Below, in pieces: positions 44,953 to 55,800 of a DNA stretch of 64,000 nt (position 1 is the first letter of the stretch; each line of letters begins with the position of its first letter). The translations under genes and the position numbers were made by a program. Below the pieces are notes generated by a model. That model worked only from the letters and a program-made list of their open reading frames with translations. It did not search any database and was not told the DNA's origin. Location: the NCBI GenBank assembly GCA_934157235.1, contig CAKPHH010000004.1, positions 4,585 to 68,584 on the forward strand, read 5' to 3'. The stretch is from an uncultured Bacilli bacterium. Its GTDB lineage: Bacteria > Bacillota_I > Bacilli_A > RF39 > UBA660.

Positions 44953-46104
44953 ATGAAAAAAATCTTAATAGTTGTAATTAGTGCTTTAGTAGTAGGTGTT
45001 GGAGTATTTATTGGAAAAGATGAATTATTTAAAAAAGAGGTAAACAAGAAGTCTGATGATTATAAGAAAGAAACAGTAGTTAGTAATGATTTATTTGGTA
45101 AGTATTATGATGAAGCTAACAAAAAGATGAAAAACATGTCTCTTGAAGAGAAAGTAGGGCAATTGTTTTTAGTTAGGTATGATGGTAATTTAGCTAGTAA
45201 TTGGATTAAGAAGTATTATCCTGGTGGCTATATTATGTTTGCAAAAGATTTTAATAATCAAACTAAAGAGTCAATTAAAAAAGAAATAGATGATTTACAA
45301 AGCATTAGTAAGGTACCTTTGGTAATTGCGGTTGATGAAGAAGGGGGATATGTTACTAGAGTTAGCAGATATCCTAGTTTTAGAGAAAGTAAATTCTTAG
45401 CTCCTAGAAGTTATTATGAGTCAGGAGGAGAAAAGTTACTGGAACAAACAGAAAAAGAAAAAGCAAAATTATTATTAAGTATAGGAGTTAATTTAAATTT
45501 AGCTCCAGTTGCAGATGTGTCTATTGATAGTAATGATTTTATTAATATTAGAACGTTTAATAGAAATGCTAAAGAGACAGCAGTTTTAATTGGAAAGATG
45601 GTTAATTACGCTAACGAAGAGGGAATTTCTTCCTCACTTAAACATTTTCCGGGATATGGTAATAATGGTGATACGCATACTGGTATTGCGATAGATGAGA
45701 GAAGTTATGAGAACTTTGTAGAGAATGATTATTTACCATTTGAAGAGGGTATTAAAAATAAAGTTCCTACAGTACTTGTTTCACATAATATTGTTAAGTG
45801 TATGGATAGTGAATATCCAGCGACGTTAAGTAAAAAAGTAATTAGTGAATTAAGAGAAAAACTTAACTTTACAGGTGTTGTTATTACTGATGATTTATCG
45901 ATGAGTGCTGTTAATAGTTATGTAGAAAATGGTAGTGCAGCAGTACTTGCTGTTAATGCTGGAGAGGATTTGATTATTACATCGGACTTTGTTAAGATGT
46001 ATAATTCAGTGTATGAAGCTGTTAAAAATAAAGAAATTGATATGGAAACTATCGATAAAGCTGTAAGAAGAAATATAGCTTGGAAGATAGCTTATGATAT
46101 GTAA
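44953..46104 (+). CDS. nagZ: membrane-anchored beta-N-acetylhexosaminidase (GH3, NagZ-like)
   Basis: KHFPGYGNNGDTHTG GH3 motif; N-terminal TM anchor. Confidence 0.75.
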   Translation: MKKILIVVISALVVGVGVFIGKDELFKKEVNKKSDDYKKETVVSNDLFGKYYDEANKKMKNMSLEEKVGQLFLVRYDGNLASNWIKKYYPGGYIMFAKDFNNQTKESIKKEIDDLQSISKVPLVIAVDEEGGYVTRVSRYPSFRESKFLAPRSYYESGGEKLLEQTEKEKAKLLLSIGVNLNLAPVADVSIDSNDFINIRTFNRNAKETAVLIGKMVNYANEEGISSSLKHFPGYGNNGDTHTGIAIDERSYENFVENDYLPFEEGIKNKVPTVLVSHNIVKCMDSEYPATLSKKVISELREKLNFTGVVITDDLSMSAVNSYVENGSAAVLAVNAGEDLIITSDFVKMYNSVYEAVKNKEIDMETIDKAVRRNIAWKIAYDM

Positions 46105-46114
46105 GGAGGATATT

Positions 46115-47494
46115 ATGGCAATTGATGTTAAAAAATTATACGAAAAATTAGATGATTATATGGGAAGTGAAGTTGTACTTCAAGGATGGATTCGTAATCA
46201 TCGTAAACAAAAAGAATTTGGATTTATTGATTTTAATGATGGAACATTCTTTAAGAGTGTACAAGTAGTATATGATAATAAGTTAGAATCTTTTGATGAG
46301 ATACAATCTTTACATGTAGGTTGTGCAATAGAAGTTGTAGGAGAAGTTATAGAATCACCTGCAAAGGGACAAGCATTTGAAGTACAAACTAAGTCTATTA
46401 AATTACTTGGAGATTGTGGTGAGGATTATCCTATTCAACCTAAGAGACATACAAGAGAGTTTTTAAGAGAACAAGCATATCTTAGACCTAGAACTAATTT
46501 ATTTAATGCTGTATTTAGAGTTAGAAGTGTAGCAGCTTATGCAATACATAAATATTTCCAAGAAAATGGATATGTATATTTCCACGCTCCAATAATTACG
46601 GCAAGTGACTGTGAGGGTGCTGGAGAAATGTTCCAAGTAACAACACTTGATTTAGATAGAGTAGCTAAACTTGGAAAAGTTGATTATAGTAAAGACTTCT
46701 TTGGTAAACAAGCAGCACTTACAGTATCTGGACAATTACAAGCTGAAACATTTGCTTTATCTTATAAAAAAACATATACATTTGGACCAACATTTAGAGC
46801 AGAAAATTCTAATACAAAGACACATGCTAATGAATTTTGGATGATTGAACCAGAAATTGCTTTCTGTGACTTAGAAGGTGATATGGATGTTATGGAAGAA
46901 ATGTTAAAGTATGTTGTTAAATATGTACTTGATAATTGTAAGGAAGAAATGGAATTCTTTGATAGTTTTGTTGAAAAAGGATTACTTGAAAAACTTAATA
47001 AATTAATAACTAGTGAATTTGTTAGAATTAGTCATGAAGAAGTTATTTCAATATTAAAGAAAGCTGATGTTAAGTGGGAATTTGAACCTGAATATGGGGA
47101 AGATATTGCCAAAGAACATGAGAAATATATTACAGAATACTTTAATGGACCAGTATTTATTAAAGATTGGCCTAAAGATATTAAAGCTTTCTATATGAAA
47201 CAAAATCCAGATGGTAAGACTGTTGCGGCAGTTGATTTGGAAGTACCAAGTGCTGGAGAATTAATGGGTGGATCACAAAGAGAAGAAGATTATGAGAAAC
47301 TTGTTAAGAGAATGGATGAGTTAAAAATGGATAAGGCTGGACTTGAATGGTACTTAAATTTACGTAGATTTGGTGGTTGCTACCATTCAGGATTTGGTAT
47401 GGGATTTGAACGTTTATTAATATATTTAACAGGAGTTGAAAATATTAGAGATGTTATACCATTCCCTAGAACTCCAGGTAACTGTGAATTTTAA
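46115..47494 (+). CDS. asnS: asparaginyl-tRNA synthetase
   Basis: Class II motifs FRAENSNTKTHANEFWMIEPE and GFGMGFERLLIY; RBS AGGAGG; terminator 47494-47528. Confidence 0.9.
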   Translation: MAIDVKKLYEKLDDYMGSEVVLQGWIRNHRKQKEFGFIDFNDGTFFKSVQVVYDNKLESFDEIQSLHVGCAIEVVGEVIESPAKGQAFEVQTKSIKLLGDCGEDYPIQPKRHTREFLREQAYLRPRTNLFNAVFRVRSVAAYAIHKYFQENGYVYFHAPIITASDCEGAGEMFQVTTLDLDRVAKLGKVDYSKDFFGKQAALTVSGQLQAETFALSYKKTYTFGPTFRAENSNTKTHANEFWMIEPEIAFCDLEGDMDVMEEMLKYVVKYVLDNCKEEMEFFDSFVEKGLLEKLNKLITSEFVRISHEEVISILKKADVKWEFEPEYGEDIAKEHEKYITEYFNGPVFIKDWPKDIKAFYMKQNPDGKTVAAVDLEVPSAGELMGGSQREEDYEKLVKRMDELKMDKAGLEWYLNLRRFGGCYHSGFGMGFERLLIYLTGVENIRDVIPFPRTPGNCEF

Positions 47495-47574
47495 AATTAC
47501 AAGATTACATATTTTGTAATTTTTTTTGTATAAAATAAACAAATTCTTCCATCTTATTAATGGGAGGAAATACT

Positions 47575-48138
47575 ATGAAGAAAATATTATTAGGATTATC
47601 TTTTATATTACTTTTGGTAGCAGGATGTGCAAATACAATGAATACACCAACAAAAAAAGTAGAAGAATTATTAGGTAAATATCAAAAGATGGATACAGCA
47701 GTTTTAACACAACTTGATAATGTTATTGCGGAAGATACAACAATGACAGATGAACAGAAAAAAGAGTATCGTAGTTTGATGGAAAAACAGTATCAAAACT
47801 TATCTTATAAAATTAAAGGAGAAGAAATTACTGGAGATGATGCAACCGTTGAAGTGGAAATTGAAGTTTTAGATTATGCAACATCTATTAATGAATCTAA
47901 GAAGTATTATAGTGAACATAGAGATGAATTTAAGGATGAGGAAATAGATAAGACTGATACAATGGTTGATGAAGATAGTAAGTATATTGATTATAAAATT
48001 AAAATGTTAAAGAATGTTACTGATAGAAAGAAATATGATATTACTTTTAATTTAAGAAAAGATAAAGATGATAATTGGAAGTTAGAAGATATTAGTGATA
48101 TAGATCGACAAAAGATTCATGGTTTATATGAAGGATAA
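47575..48138 (+). CDS. lipoprotein of unknown function
   Basis: Lipobox LLVAGC; RBS GGGAGG; terminator AGTTCC/GGGACT + T6 at 48140-48165. Confidence 0.55.
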   Translation: MKKILLGLSFILLLVAGCANTMNTPTKKVEELLGKYQKMDTAVLTQLDNVIAEDTTMTDEQKKEYRSLMEKQYQNLSYKIKGEEITGDDATVEVEIEVLDYATSINESKKYYSEHRDEFKDEEIDKTDTMVDEDSKYIDYKIKMLKNVTDRKKYDITFNLRKDKDDNWKLEDISDIDRQKIHGLYEG

Positions 48139-48240
48139 GAGTTCCTGATGAAGGGACTTTTTTCTATATTATTTAATTTGGTCTTTTAATTATTGTTTTT
48201 TTTTGTTATACTCTATATAAGATAAAAGAGGGTGTTTTTA

Positions 48241-50079
48241 GTGATAGGTTCAATTTTAGAAATTATTGATAACCGCGTTTTAGTTAAATTAAACATTGAT
48301 ATCAATAAGCAGCCTAACTTACTTGGGTTACATGTTGTCTTTGAAGATGGTAATAAAAGAATCGTTGCGGAAATAGTTAACATTTCACAAACAGAGATGA
48401 ATGCTGTTATTGTAGGTGAATTAGTTGAAAAGTCTTTTATTCCAGGTGCAACTAAGAGACCTTCTTTTAAGTCATCAATTAGACTTGTTAGAATGGATGA
48501 ACTTGAATTAATTCTTGGTAGTCAGAATATTGTAGCTGGACAAACTAATTTTGGTACTAGTAATATTTATGATGGATATAGAATCAATGTTGATTTAAAT
48601 GACTTTTTCAGTAACCATTTTTCAGTACTTGGTAACTCTGGTTCTGGTAAGAGTTGTACAGTAGCATCTATTTTACAAAAATTAATGATTGGTAATGGAA
48701 AAGTTCCTAAAAGTGCTAATTTCTTTTTCTTTGATGCCTTTGGTGAATATAATGCGGCTTTTTCAGGACTACATCAACTTAATCAAGAGTTTAATTATAA
48801 ATACTATACAACTAATACAAGATCAGCAACAGATGAAGTATTACGTATACCAGTATGGTTATTAGATGTTGACGATATAGCGTTATTACTTGATGCGGAT
48901 ACTCCTTCACAATTGCCTATTATTGAAAAGACTTTAAACTTAGTTCCTATTTTAACAGGACAAAGTGATGCAGTTATTAGAAAGAAAAATGATATTATAG
49001 CGAGAGCTTTACAAGATATATTATTATCAGGAGATGAATCAACTAAGATTAGAGACCAAGTAACGGCAGTACTTACTAAATTTAATACAGCAGAGTTAAA
49101 CTTGGAGAGTCAAATTATTCAACCCGGTTATGTTAGAACTTTTAAACAATGTTTATTTGTTGATAAAACTGGTAAGATGCAAGAGATGGAACTTGTTGTA
49201 GAGTTTGTTAGAGGTTATATAATAGAAGCTGGAGAAGATGAAGTTGATGTTACTGATAGAAATCCTTTTTATTCATTAGCAGATCTAGAAATGGCAATGG
49301 ACTTTGCTCTTATTAATGAAGGTATTTTAAAGAGTGGAAAAGTATTTGATTATGCTAATATTTTAAGTGTTAGATTACATAGTTTAGTTAATGGAGAATA
49401 TAAAGAGTTTTTCTCTTATCCCAAATATATTACTAAAGAACAGTATATTGATAGTTTATTATTAAGTAATAATGGGTCTAAATGTCAGATAGTTAACTTT
49501 AACATTAACTATGTAGATGATAGAATGGCTAAAGTAATTACAAAGATTATTTCAAAGATGTTATTTGATTTAGCTAGTAATATTACACCTAGAGGTAGTA
49601 AAGCTTTTCATATTATTATTGAAGAAGCTCATAGATATGTTATTAAAGATAAAGATATTGATTTACTTGGATATAATATATTTGAACGTATTACTAAAGA
49701 GGGTCGTAAGTATGGTATATTCTTAGGATTAATCACACAAAGACCTAGTGAACTTTCAGATACTTGTATTTCACAGTGTACAAACTTTGTTATTTTGAGA
49801 ACATTACATCCAAAGGATTTGGAATATATAAAGAATATGGTACCTAATATTTCGATTGAAATAGTTCAGCAATTAAAGAATTTGAAACCAGGTAACTGTA
49901 TAGCGTTTGGTAATGCTTTTAAAGTACCAGTATCTATGTATATTGATTTACCTAATCCTAGACCAATGAGTAATAATGTTGACATTAATACAGTTTGGTA
50001 TAAGGAAAGTACTTCTTTAACTAATAGTGTTGGAGGAGTAGCAGAAGTTAATTCTATTCCAAATAATGTTACAATTTAG
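48241..50079 (+). CDS. HerA/DUF87-like P-loop ATPase with N-terminal beta-barrel domain
   Basis: GTG start after AGAGGG RBS; Walker A GNSGSGKSCT, Walker B HIIIEEAHRY; N-terminal HAS-barrel-like segment. Confidence 0.6.
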   Translation: MIGSILEIIDNRVLVKLNIDINKQPNLLGLHVVFEDGNKRIVAEIVNISQTEMNAVIVGELVEKSFIPGATKRPSFKSSIRLVRMDELELILGSQNIVAGQTNFGTSNIYDGYRINVDLNDFFSNHFSVLGNSGSGKSCTVASILQKLMIGNGKVPKSANFFFFDAFGEYNAAFSGLHQLNQEFNYKYYTTNTRSATDEVLRIPVWLLDVDDIALLLDADTPSQLPIIEKTLNLVPILTGQSDAVIRKKNDIIARALQDILLSGDESTKIRDQVTAVLTKFNTAELNLESQIIQPGYVRTFKQCLFVDKTGKMQEMELVVEFVRGYIIEAGEDEVDVTDRNPFYSLADLEMAMDFALINEGILKSGKVFDYANILSVRLHSLVNGEYKEFFSYPKYITKEQYIDSLLLSNNGSKCQIVNFNINYVDDRMAKVITKIISKMLFDLASNITPRGSKAFHIIIEEAHRYVIKDKDIDLLGYNIFERITKEGRKYGIFLGLITQRPSELSDTCISQCTNFVILRTLHPKDLEYIKNMVPNISIEIVQQLKNLKPGNCIAFGNAFKVPVSMYIDLPNPRPMSNNVDINTVWYKESTSLTNSVGGVAEVNSIPNNVTI

Positions 50080-50159
50080 TTATTTAATACTTTAAATTGT
50101 TATAAATATGTGATAAAATTATTTATAGTAATTAATTTAGATAATATGGAGGATATGGT

Positions 50160-50609
50160 ATGGCATTTAATAAGTTTATTGATAAATTAGTTGGTGGAGA
50201 GTCAGAAGAAGCCGTAGAAGATACAACTGAAGAAAGTTTTTATAAAACATCTAGAGAAGCATATCATGTAGAAAATGGTATGGCTGGTAGTAAGATGATG
50301 TTACTAGAACCTAGAGCATACTCTGAAAGTCAACAAATAGCAGATTATTTAAAGAATAGAAGCGCTGTTGTTGTTAATTTGAAGAGAGTTACGCCAGATC
50401 AAGCAAAGCGTATAGTTGATTTTTTATCAGGTACAATTTATGCAATAGGTGGAGATTTACAAAAGCTAGGTGGGGGAATATTTTTATGTACACCTAATAA
50501 TGTAAATGTAGAAGGTAAAATTAGTGATGAAGTTAGTAGTAAGAGTACTAGCAGTAAAAGTAGTAAAAAAGAAGAAAAGTCAGAAAATGATGAGGATGAT
50601 TTTTTCTAA
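50160..50609 (+). CDS. sepF: cell division protein SepF
   Basis: [32 protein letters not shown]...[25 protein letters not shown] matches SepF/DUF552 core; RBS TGGAGGA. Confidence 0.8.
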   Translation: MAFNKFIDKLVGGESEEAVEDTTEESFYKTSREAYHVENGMAGSKMMLLEPRAYSESQQIADYLKNRSAVVVNLKRVTPDQAKRIVDFLSGTIYAIGGDLQKLGGGIFLCTPNNVNVEGKISDEVSSKSTSSKSSKKEEKSENDEDDFF

Positions 50610-50628
50610 GAGTTTGATTTAATATAGG

Positions 50629-51075
50629 GTGATCATTTTGGAAAAGTTTAGTTATGCGACAAATGGTTATAATTGTGAAGAAGTAAATCAATTTATTAGT
50701 GATGTTATAGTTCAAACTGAGAATATTGTTGCGAGGTGTAAGGAACAAAGAAGAGAGATTGAAGAGTTGAAAAAAGAATTAGAACATTATAAAGAATTGG
50801 AAAATACTTTGAAGATGGCAATATTAAGAGCTGAGGAGACTGGCGATAATATTAAAAGAATGGCTAGAAATGAAGCTGAAATGATCATTAATGATGCAAA
50901 GGGTAATGCAAGTAGAATAGTTAATGAATCATTACTTAGAGCAGAAAAAATAGAAAATAGAGCAGATCTTTTAGAAAGAAATATGAAAATATTTAAACGT
51001 AAGTTAAAAGTTATTATGGAACAGCAAATGGCTGTTGTTGAAGAAATAGAAGTGTTAGAACTAGATCCAAAGTAG
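50629..51075 (+). CDS. DivIVA-domain protein
   Basis: N-terminal FSYATNGYNCEEVNQFISDV DivIVA motif and coiled-coil; start codon uncertain (GTG 50629 or TTG 50638). Confidence 0.6.
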   Translation: MIILEKFSYATNGYNCEEVNQFISDVIVQTENIVARCKEQRREIEELKKELEHYKELENTLKMAILRAEETGDNIKRMARNEAEMIINDAKGNASRIVNESLLRAEKIENRADLLERNMKIFKRKLKVIMEQQMAVVEEIEVLELDPK

Positions 51076-51173
51076 GATTTAGTTTTTTTATGTTATTGGT
51101 AGAGTTGTTATAATTAATTGTTTTTTCTTGGCCTTTGTGTTATAATATGAAAGCACATTGAGGGGGAAAGGTT

Positions 51174-52037
51174 ATGAATAAAAGAGTTATTACTGGAGAG
51201 TTAATAAAAAAATCAATGGTTTTATCGGATAAAGGAATTTCTGCTGTATATAGATTAAGAGATGGAAGTATTTTAAAGGTATTTTCTCCAGAATATTTAC
51301 ATGCTATGAAATTAATTGGAGTTGACTTTGAAAAAAAGATTTTAGATGCGAAGAGAATTCCTAATGCGAAAGAAATTTTAATTCCAACAGCTGCTGCTTA
51401 TATGAAAGATCATTTTTTAGGATATACAATGCCTCAAGCAAAGGGAATTAATTATAATAAGTTTGATGATAGATTGAGTTTAGAAGAGAGAATGGACTTA
51501 GAAGGGTATGCAAAGAGACATCATAGTATTGAGAGTGTCTTAGTGAGAGCAAAAGATGTTGTATTTCCGGATTTAGGTACTTGTGATAATATCTTTTTTG
51601 ACGAAAAATTAAATCCACAATTTATTGATTACGATGGATTACAAGTAGGTAAATATCAGTCTCATGTAATGTCTTTAGCTTTAGGAAGACAAGAACAATA
51701 TTATACGCCTAAGTATTGGGATGGAACTTTATTTAATAAGAATTTAGATAAGAGAAGTTCAATATTTTTATATTTTGTGTCAGCTTTTAATGTTAATTTA
51801 GCAACTGTAGGTAGAGTTAATCCTTATACAGGGGAAAAAGTTACTGTTGATACTATTTTTGAGGCAATTAATTTAGATGATCAAGATGTTTGTCATAAAG
51901 TTTGGAAATTATTTCAAGAAAATGAAGAAAATGAATTCTTAAGAGATGATGTTTTTAGAATTGCTGAAAAGTATGATATGAGAGTAGTTGCGAGAAGAAG
52001 CGATGGACTTTGCGTAAAGAAACTTATCAAAAAATAG
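51174..52037 (+). CDS. hypothetical protein, possible kinase-like fold
   Basis: RBS GAGGGGGAA; DLGTCDNIFFDE resembles a catalytic loop of APH/choline-kinase-like phosphotransferases (weak). Confidence 0.4.
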   Translation: MNKRVITGELIKKSMVLSDKGISAVYRLRDGSILKVFSPEYLHAMKLIGVDFEKKILDAKRIPNAKEILIPTAAAYMKDHFLGYTMPQAKGINYNKFDDRLSLEERMDLEGYAKRHHSIESVLVRAKDVVFPDLGTCDNIFFDEKLNPQFIDYDGLQVGKYQSHVMSLALGRQEQYYTPKYWDGTLFNKNLDKRSSIFLYFVSAFNVNLATVGRVNPYTGEKVTVDTIFEAINLDDQDVCHKVWKLFQENEENEFLRDDVFRIAEKYDMRVVARRSDGLCVKKLIKK

Positions 52038-52074
52038 GTCTTGTAAAAAGTTAAAGATTATGCTATATTAGGTT

Positions 52075-52300
52075 GGAAAGCAAGTGCGAAAGACGTAATA
52101 TTAATGGATATTTAGAGAGCTCATGGTTAGGTGGAAATGAGTTTGAAGTTAATATTAAGATCACTTTCAAGTTGTGATTTATGGATAAGATAAATACGGT
52201 GACGCGTTATAGTAGATAAGATAAGTTTTTTTATTTTAAACTTATAAATTAAGGTGGTACCACGACTAATTCGTCCTTATGGATGAGTTGGTCGTTTTTA
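52075..52300 (+). promoter_or_regulatory. T-box riboswitch leader (Ile specifier) with intrinsic terminator
   Basis: T-box sequence AATTAAGGTGGTACCACG at 52247-52264; terminator ACGACTAATTCGTCC/GGATGAGTTGGTCGT + T-run; AUC-containing candidate specifier loop; promoter TTGTAA-18-TATATT ~52041-52070. Confidence 0.7.
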
Positions 52301-52325
52301 TTTATTTTGAAGGGATGTGGTTTAG

Positions 52326-52867
52326 ATAATTATTAATATTATTTTATTAGTGTTTGGATTTGTAATACTAATAAAAGGTGCCGATATATTTGTAGATGGT
52401 GTTAGTAATGTAGCCAGAAACTTTAAAGTATCTAAGATGTTAATTGGACTTACAATAGTAGCATTTGAACAAGTGCACTAGAATTTACCGTGCTTGGTTT
52501 AGTTATGATTATAATAGGAAGTAACTTTGTAGTTGATTCAGCAAGTTCCTTAGCAAAAGAAATTGGGATAAGTTTACCAGAGTTAGTTACTTCAGTTATG
52601 GCTACTAAGAAAGGTGAATATGATATAGCAATAGGCAATGTAGTAGGTAGTAATATATTTAATATAGGAATAGTTATAGGATTACCTGTTGCGATACTTG
52701 GAGAAATTAGTAAGATTGCATTTAGTTATATTGATTTAATAGTAATGATTGGTACGGCTTTATTACTATTTATATTTTCAAGAAATGATTATAAGATTAA
52801 GAAAAGAGAAGGAATAGCATTTTTAATAATATTTGTAATTTATTATAGTTATGTTATTTTAGGATAG
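52326..52867 (+). pseudogene. remnant of CaCA-family (YrbG-like) Na+/Ca2+ antiporter: N-terminal half only, frameshifted, no canonical start
   Basis: Frame 52326-52480 gives IIINIILLVFGFVILIKGADIFVDGVSNVARNFKVSKMLIGLTIVAF then stop; restoring one G near 52466 reads through to ORF 52490-52867 with GISLPELVTSVMATKKGEYDIAIGNVVGSNIFNI (alpha-1 repeat); ends ~185 aa vs ~320 expected. Confidence 0.55.
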
Positions 52868-52878
52868 GAGGAATATTT

Positions 52879-55800
52879 ATGAAGTTTAAAAAGTTAGAAC
52901 AAGGATCTATCAATTCTATTGAGACTAAAATCTCAGAAGAATGGGAAAAGATGGATATATTAGAAAAAACTATTAAAAATCGTAAGGGTCATGAAAACTT
53001 TGTTTTCTATGATGGACCAGCCACAGCTAATGGTATGCCTGGAATTCATCATATGATGGCTAAATTATTAAAAGATACAATTTGTAAATATAAGACAATG
53101 CAAGGATATCGTGTTGTTAGAAAAGTAGGTTGGGATACTCATGGATTACCAGTAGAAGTTCAAGTAGAAAAAGAATTAGGATTCCATGATAAGAGTGATA
53201 TTGAAAAATATGGTATCAAAGAATTTAACCAAAAATGTAGAGAGAGTGTTTGGACTAATGAAAAGGCTTTTTCTAAATTCACTAGAGAAATGGGACAATT
53301 CATTGATTTAAAACATCCTTATGTTACATATGATAATAATTATATTGAGACTGAGTGGTGGATTTTAAAGAAGATATTTGATGAAGGTTATATCTATGAT
53401 GGATTAAAGATTGTGCCTTGGTGTCCTAGATGTGGAACTGGACTTGCGACACATGAAGTTGCACAAGGATATAAAGAAATTACAGTTAATTCAGTATATG
53501 TACCTTTTAAAGTAAAGAGTCAAGAGAATACTTATTTCTTAGTTTGGACTACAACACCTTGGACTTTAATGGCTAATGTTGCTTTATGTGTTAATCCTAA
53601 TGAGACTTATGTTAAATGTTTATCTAAAGGATATAATTTTATTCTTGCTAAACCTTTAGCAGATAAAGTATTAGGAGAAGGATATGAAGTAGTTGAAGAA
53701 TATAAAGGTAGTGATTTAGAGTATTTAGAGTATGAACAATTATTACCATTCTTAAAAGTAGATAAAAAAGCTTTCTTTGTTACATGTGATACTTATGTAA
53801 CTATGGAAGATGGTACTGGTATTGTACATATAGCTCCAGCATTTGGACAAGATGACTACGAAATAGGATTAAGATATGAATTACCATTATTAAATCCAGT
53901 AGGAGAAGATGGTTGTTATACAGAAGGACCTTGGAAGGGTAGATTAGTTGTTGATTCAGAACTAGAACTTGAAATTATTAAGTATCTAGCAAGTGAAGAT
54001 AAATTATTCAAAAAACAAAAGATGTTACATAATTATCCACATTGTTGGAGATGTAAAACTCCTTTAGTTTATTATTCAAAACCATCATTATATATTAAGA
54101 CAACAGCTAAGAAACAAGAAATTATTGCTGAAAATAAAAAAGTTCATTGGCATCCAGAATTTGTTGGTGAAAAGAGATTTGGTAACTGGCTAGAAGATAT
54201 GAACGATTGGGCTATTTCTCGTAATAGATATTGGGGTACACCAATTCCTTTATGGAGATGTAGTTGTGGTCATGATATTATGATTGGTTCTAGAAAAGAA
54301 CTAAGAGAAAAAGCAATTGAAGAAGTAGGAGAAGATATAGAATTACATAGACCATATGTAGATGATATTCATATTAAATGTCCTAAGTGTGGAAAGACTA
54401 TGAATCGTGTTAAAGATGTTATCGATTGTTGGTTTGATTCAGGAGCAATGCCTTTTGCACAATATCATTATCCATTTGAAAATAAAAAGTTATGGGGAGA
54501 ACAATTCCCAGCAGACTTCATTAGTGAAGGAATTGATCAGACTAGAGGGTGGTTCTATTCATTACTAGTAGTTTCAGTATTTGTTAAGGGAGTTACTCCT
54601 TATAAAAATGTATTAGTAAACGATTTATTATTAGATAAATATGGACAAAAGATGCATAAGTCTAAAGGTAATGCAATTAGTCCATTTGAAACTATGGAGA
54701 AAAATGGCGCAGATACAGTTAGATTTTATATGTTATATGCTTCTCCAGTATGGACACCATTAAAGTTTGATGAAGATGGTTTAAAAGAAGTTTATTCAAA
54801 ATATATTTCCACATTAAAAAATGCATACTCATTCTTTGAAATGTATGCTAATGCAGATAATATTGATCCAAGAGAGTATGATATTCCAGTTAAAGATAGA
54901 GAGCTAATGGATAAATGGTTACTTTCTAAACTTAATAATTTAATTAAGAAAGTAAATGAAGCATATCAAGAATATGACTTAAATAAAGCTGCTAAAGCAA
55001 TTGTTCCATTCTTAAATGATGATTTATCTAACTGGTATATTAGAGGAAATCGTAGACGTTTCTGGGATAGTGAGTTGACAGAGTCTAAGAAGAGTGTATA
55101 TTTAACTACATATGAAGTATTACTTGCATTATGTAAATTATGTGCACCAATGACTCCATTCATTACAGAAGAAATTTATCAAAAATTAACTGGTAAAAAG
55201 TCAGTACATTTAGAGGATTTCCCAGTAGAAAATACAGATTTAATTAATAGTACACTTGAAGAGAGAATGGACTTAGTAAGAGATATTTGTTCATTAGGTA
55301 GATTTGCTAGAGAAGAAGTTAATATAAAAGTACGTCAACCAATTAAGAGTTTGATCTTACCAAAGAGTGATCAAATGATTATAGGAGATTTATTACCAGT
55401 AATTCAAGAAGAGTTAAATGTAAAAGAAGTAGTATTTAAAGAAGATATGACTGATTACTTAGAGTATATAGTTAAACCTAACTTTAAAGTACTTGGTAAA
55501 ACATTAGGACCAAAAGTAAAAGAATTACAAGAAATACTTGGTAAACTTACAAGTAAAGAAATTTCTGAAATTAATGAAAATGGTCTTACTGTTAAATTAG
55601 ACGGAGAAGACTTTAATATTACTAGTGATATGGTATTAATTTCATTAAAACAAAAAGAAGGATATACTTCTAGTAGTAATAGTCGTACATGTATTGTACT
55701 TGATACTGAACTTACTAAAGAATTAATCTTAGAAGGACTTGCTCGTGAATTTGTACGTAAAGTACAAAGTTTAAGAAAAGAAGCAGATTTTGTAATTACA

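Noticed and set aside
50548-50748. ORF 50548-50748(-)
   Set aside because: Antisense across the sepF–divIVA junction.
52450-52638. ORF 52450-52638(-)
   Set aside because: Antisense to the CaCA remnant.
54966-55163. ORF 54966-55163(-)
   Set aside because: Antisense inside ileS.
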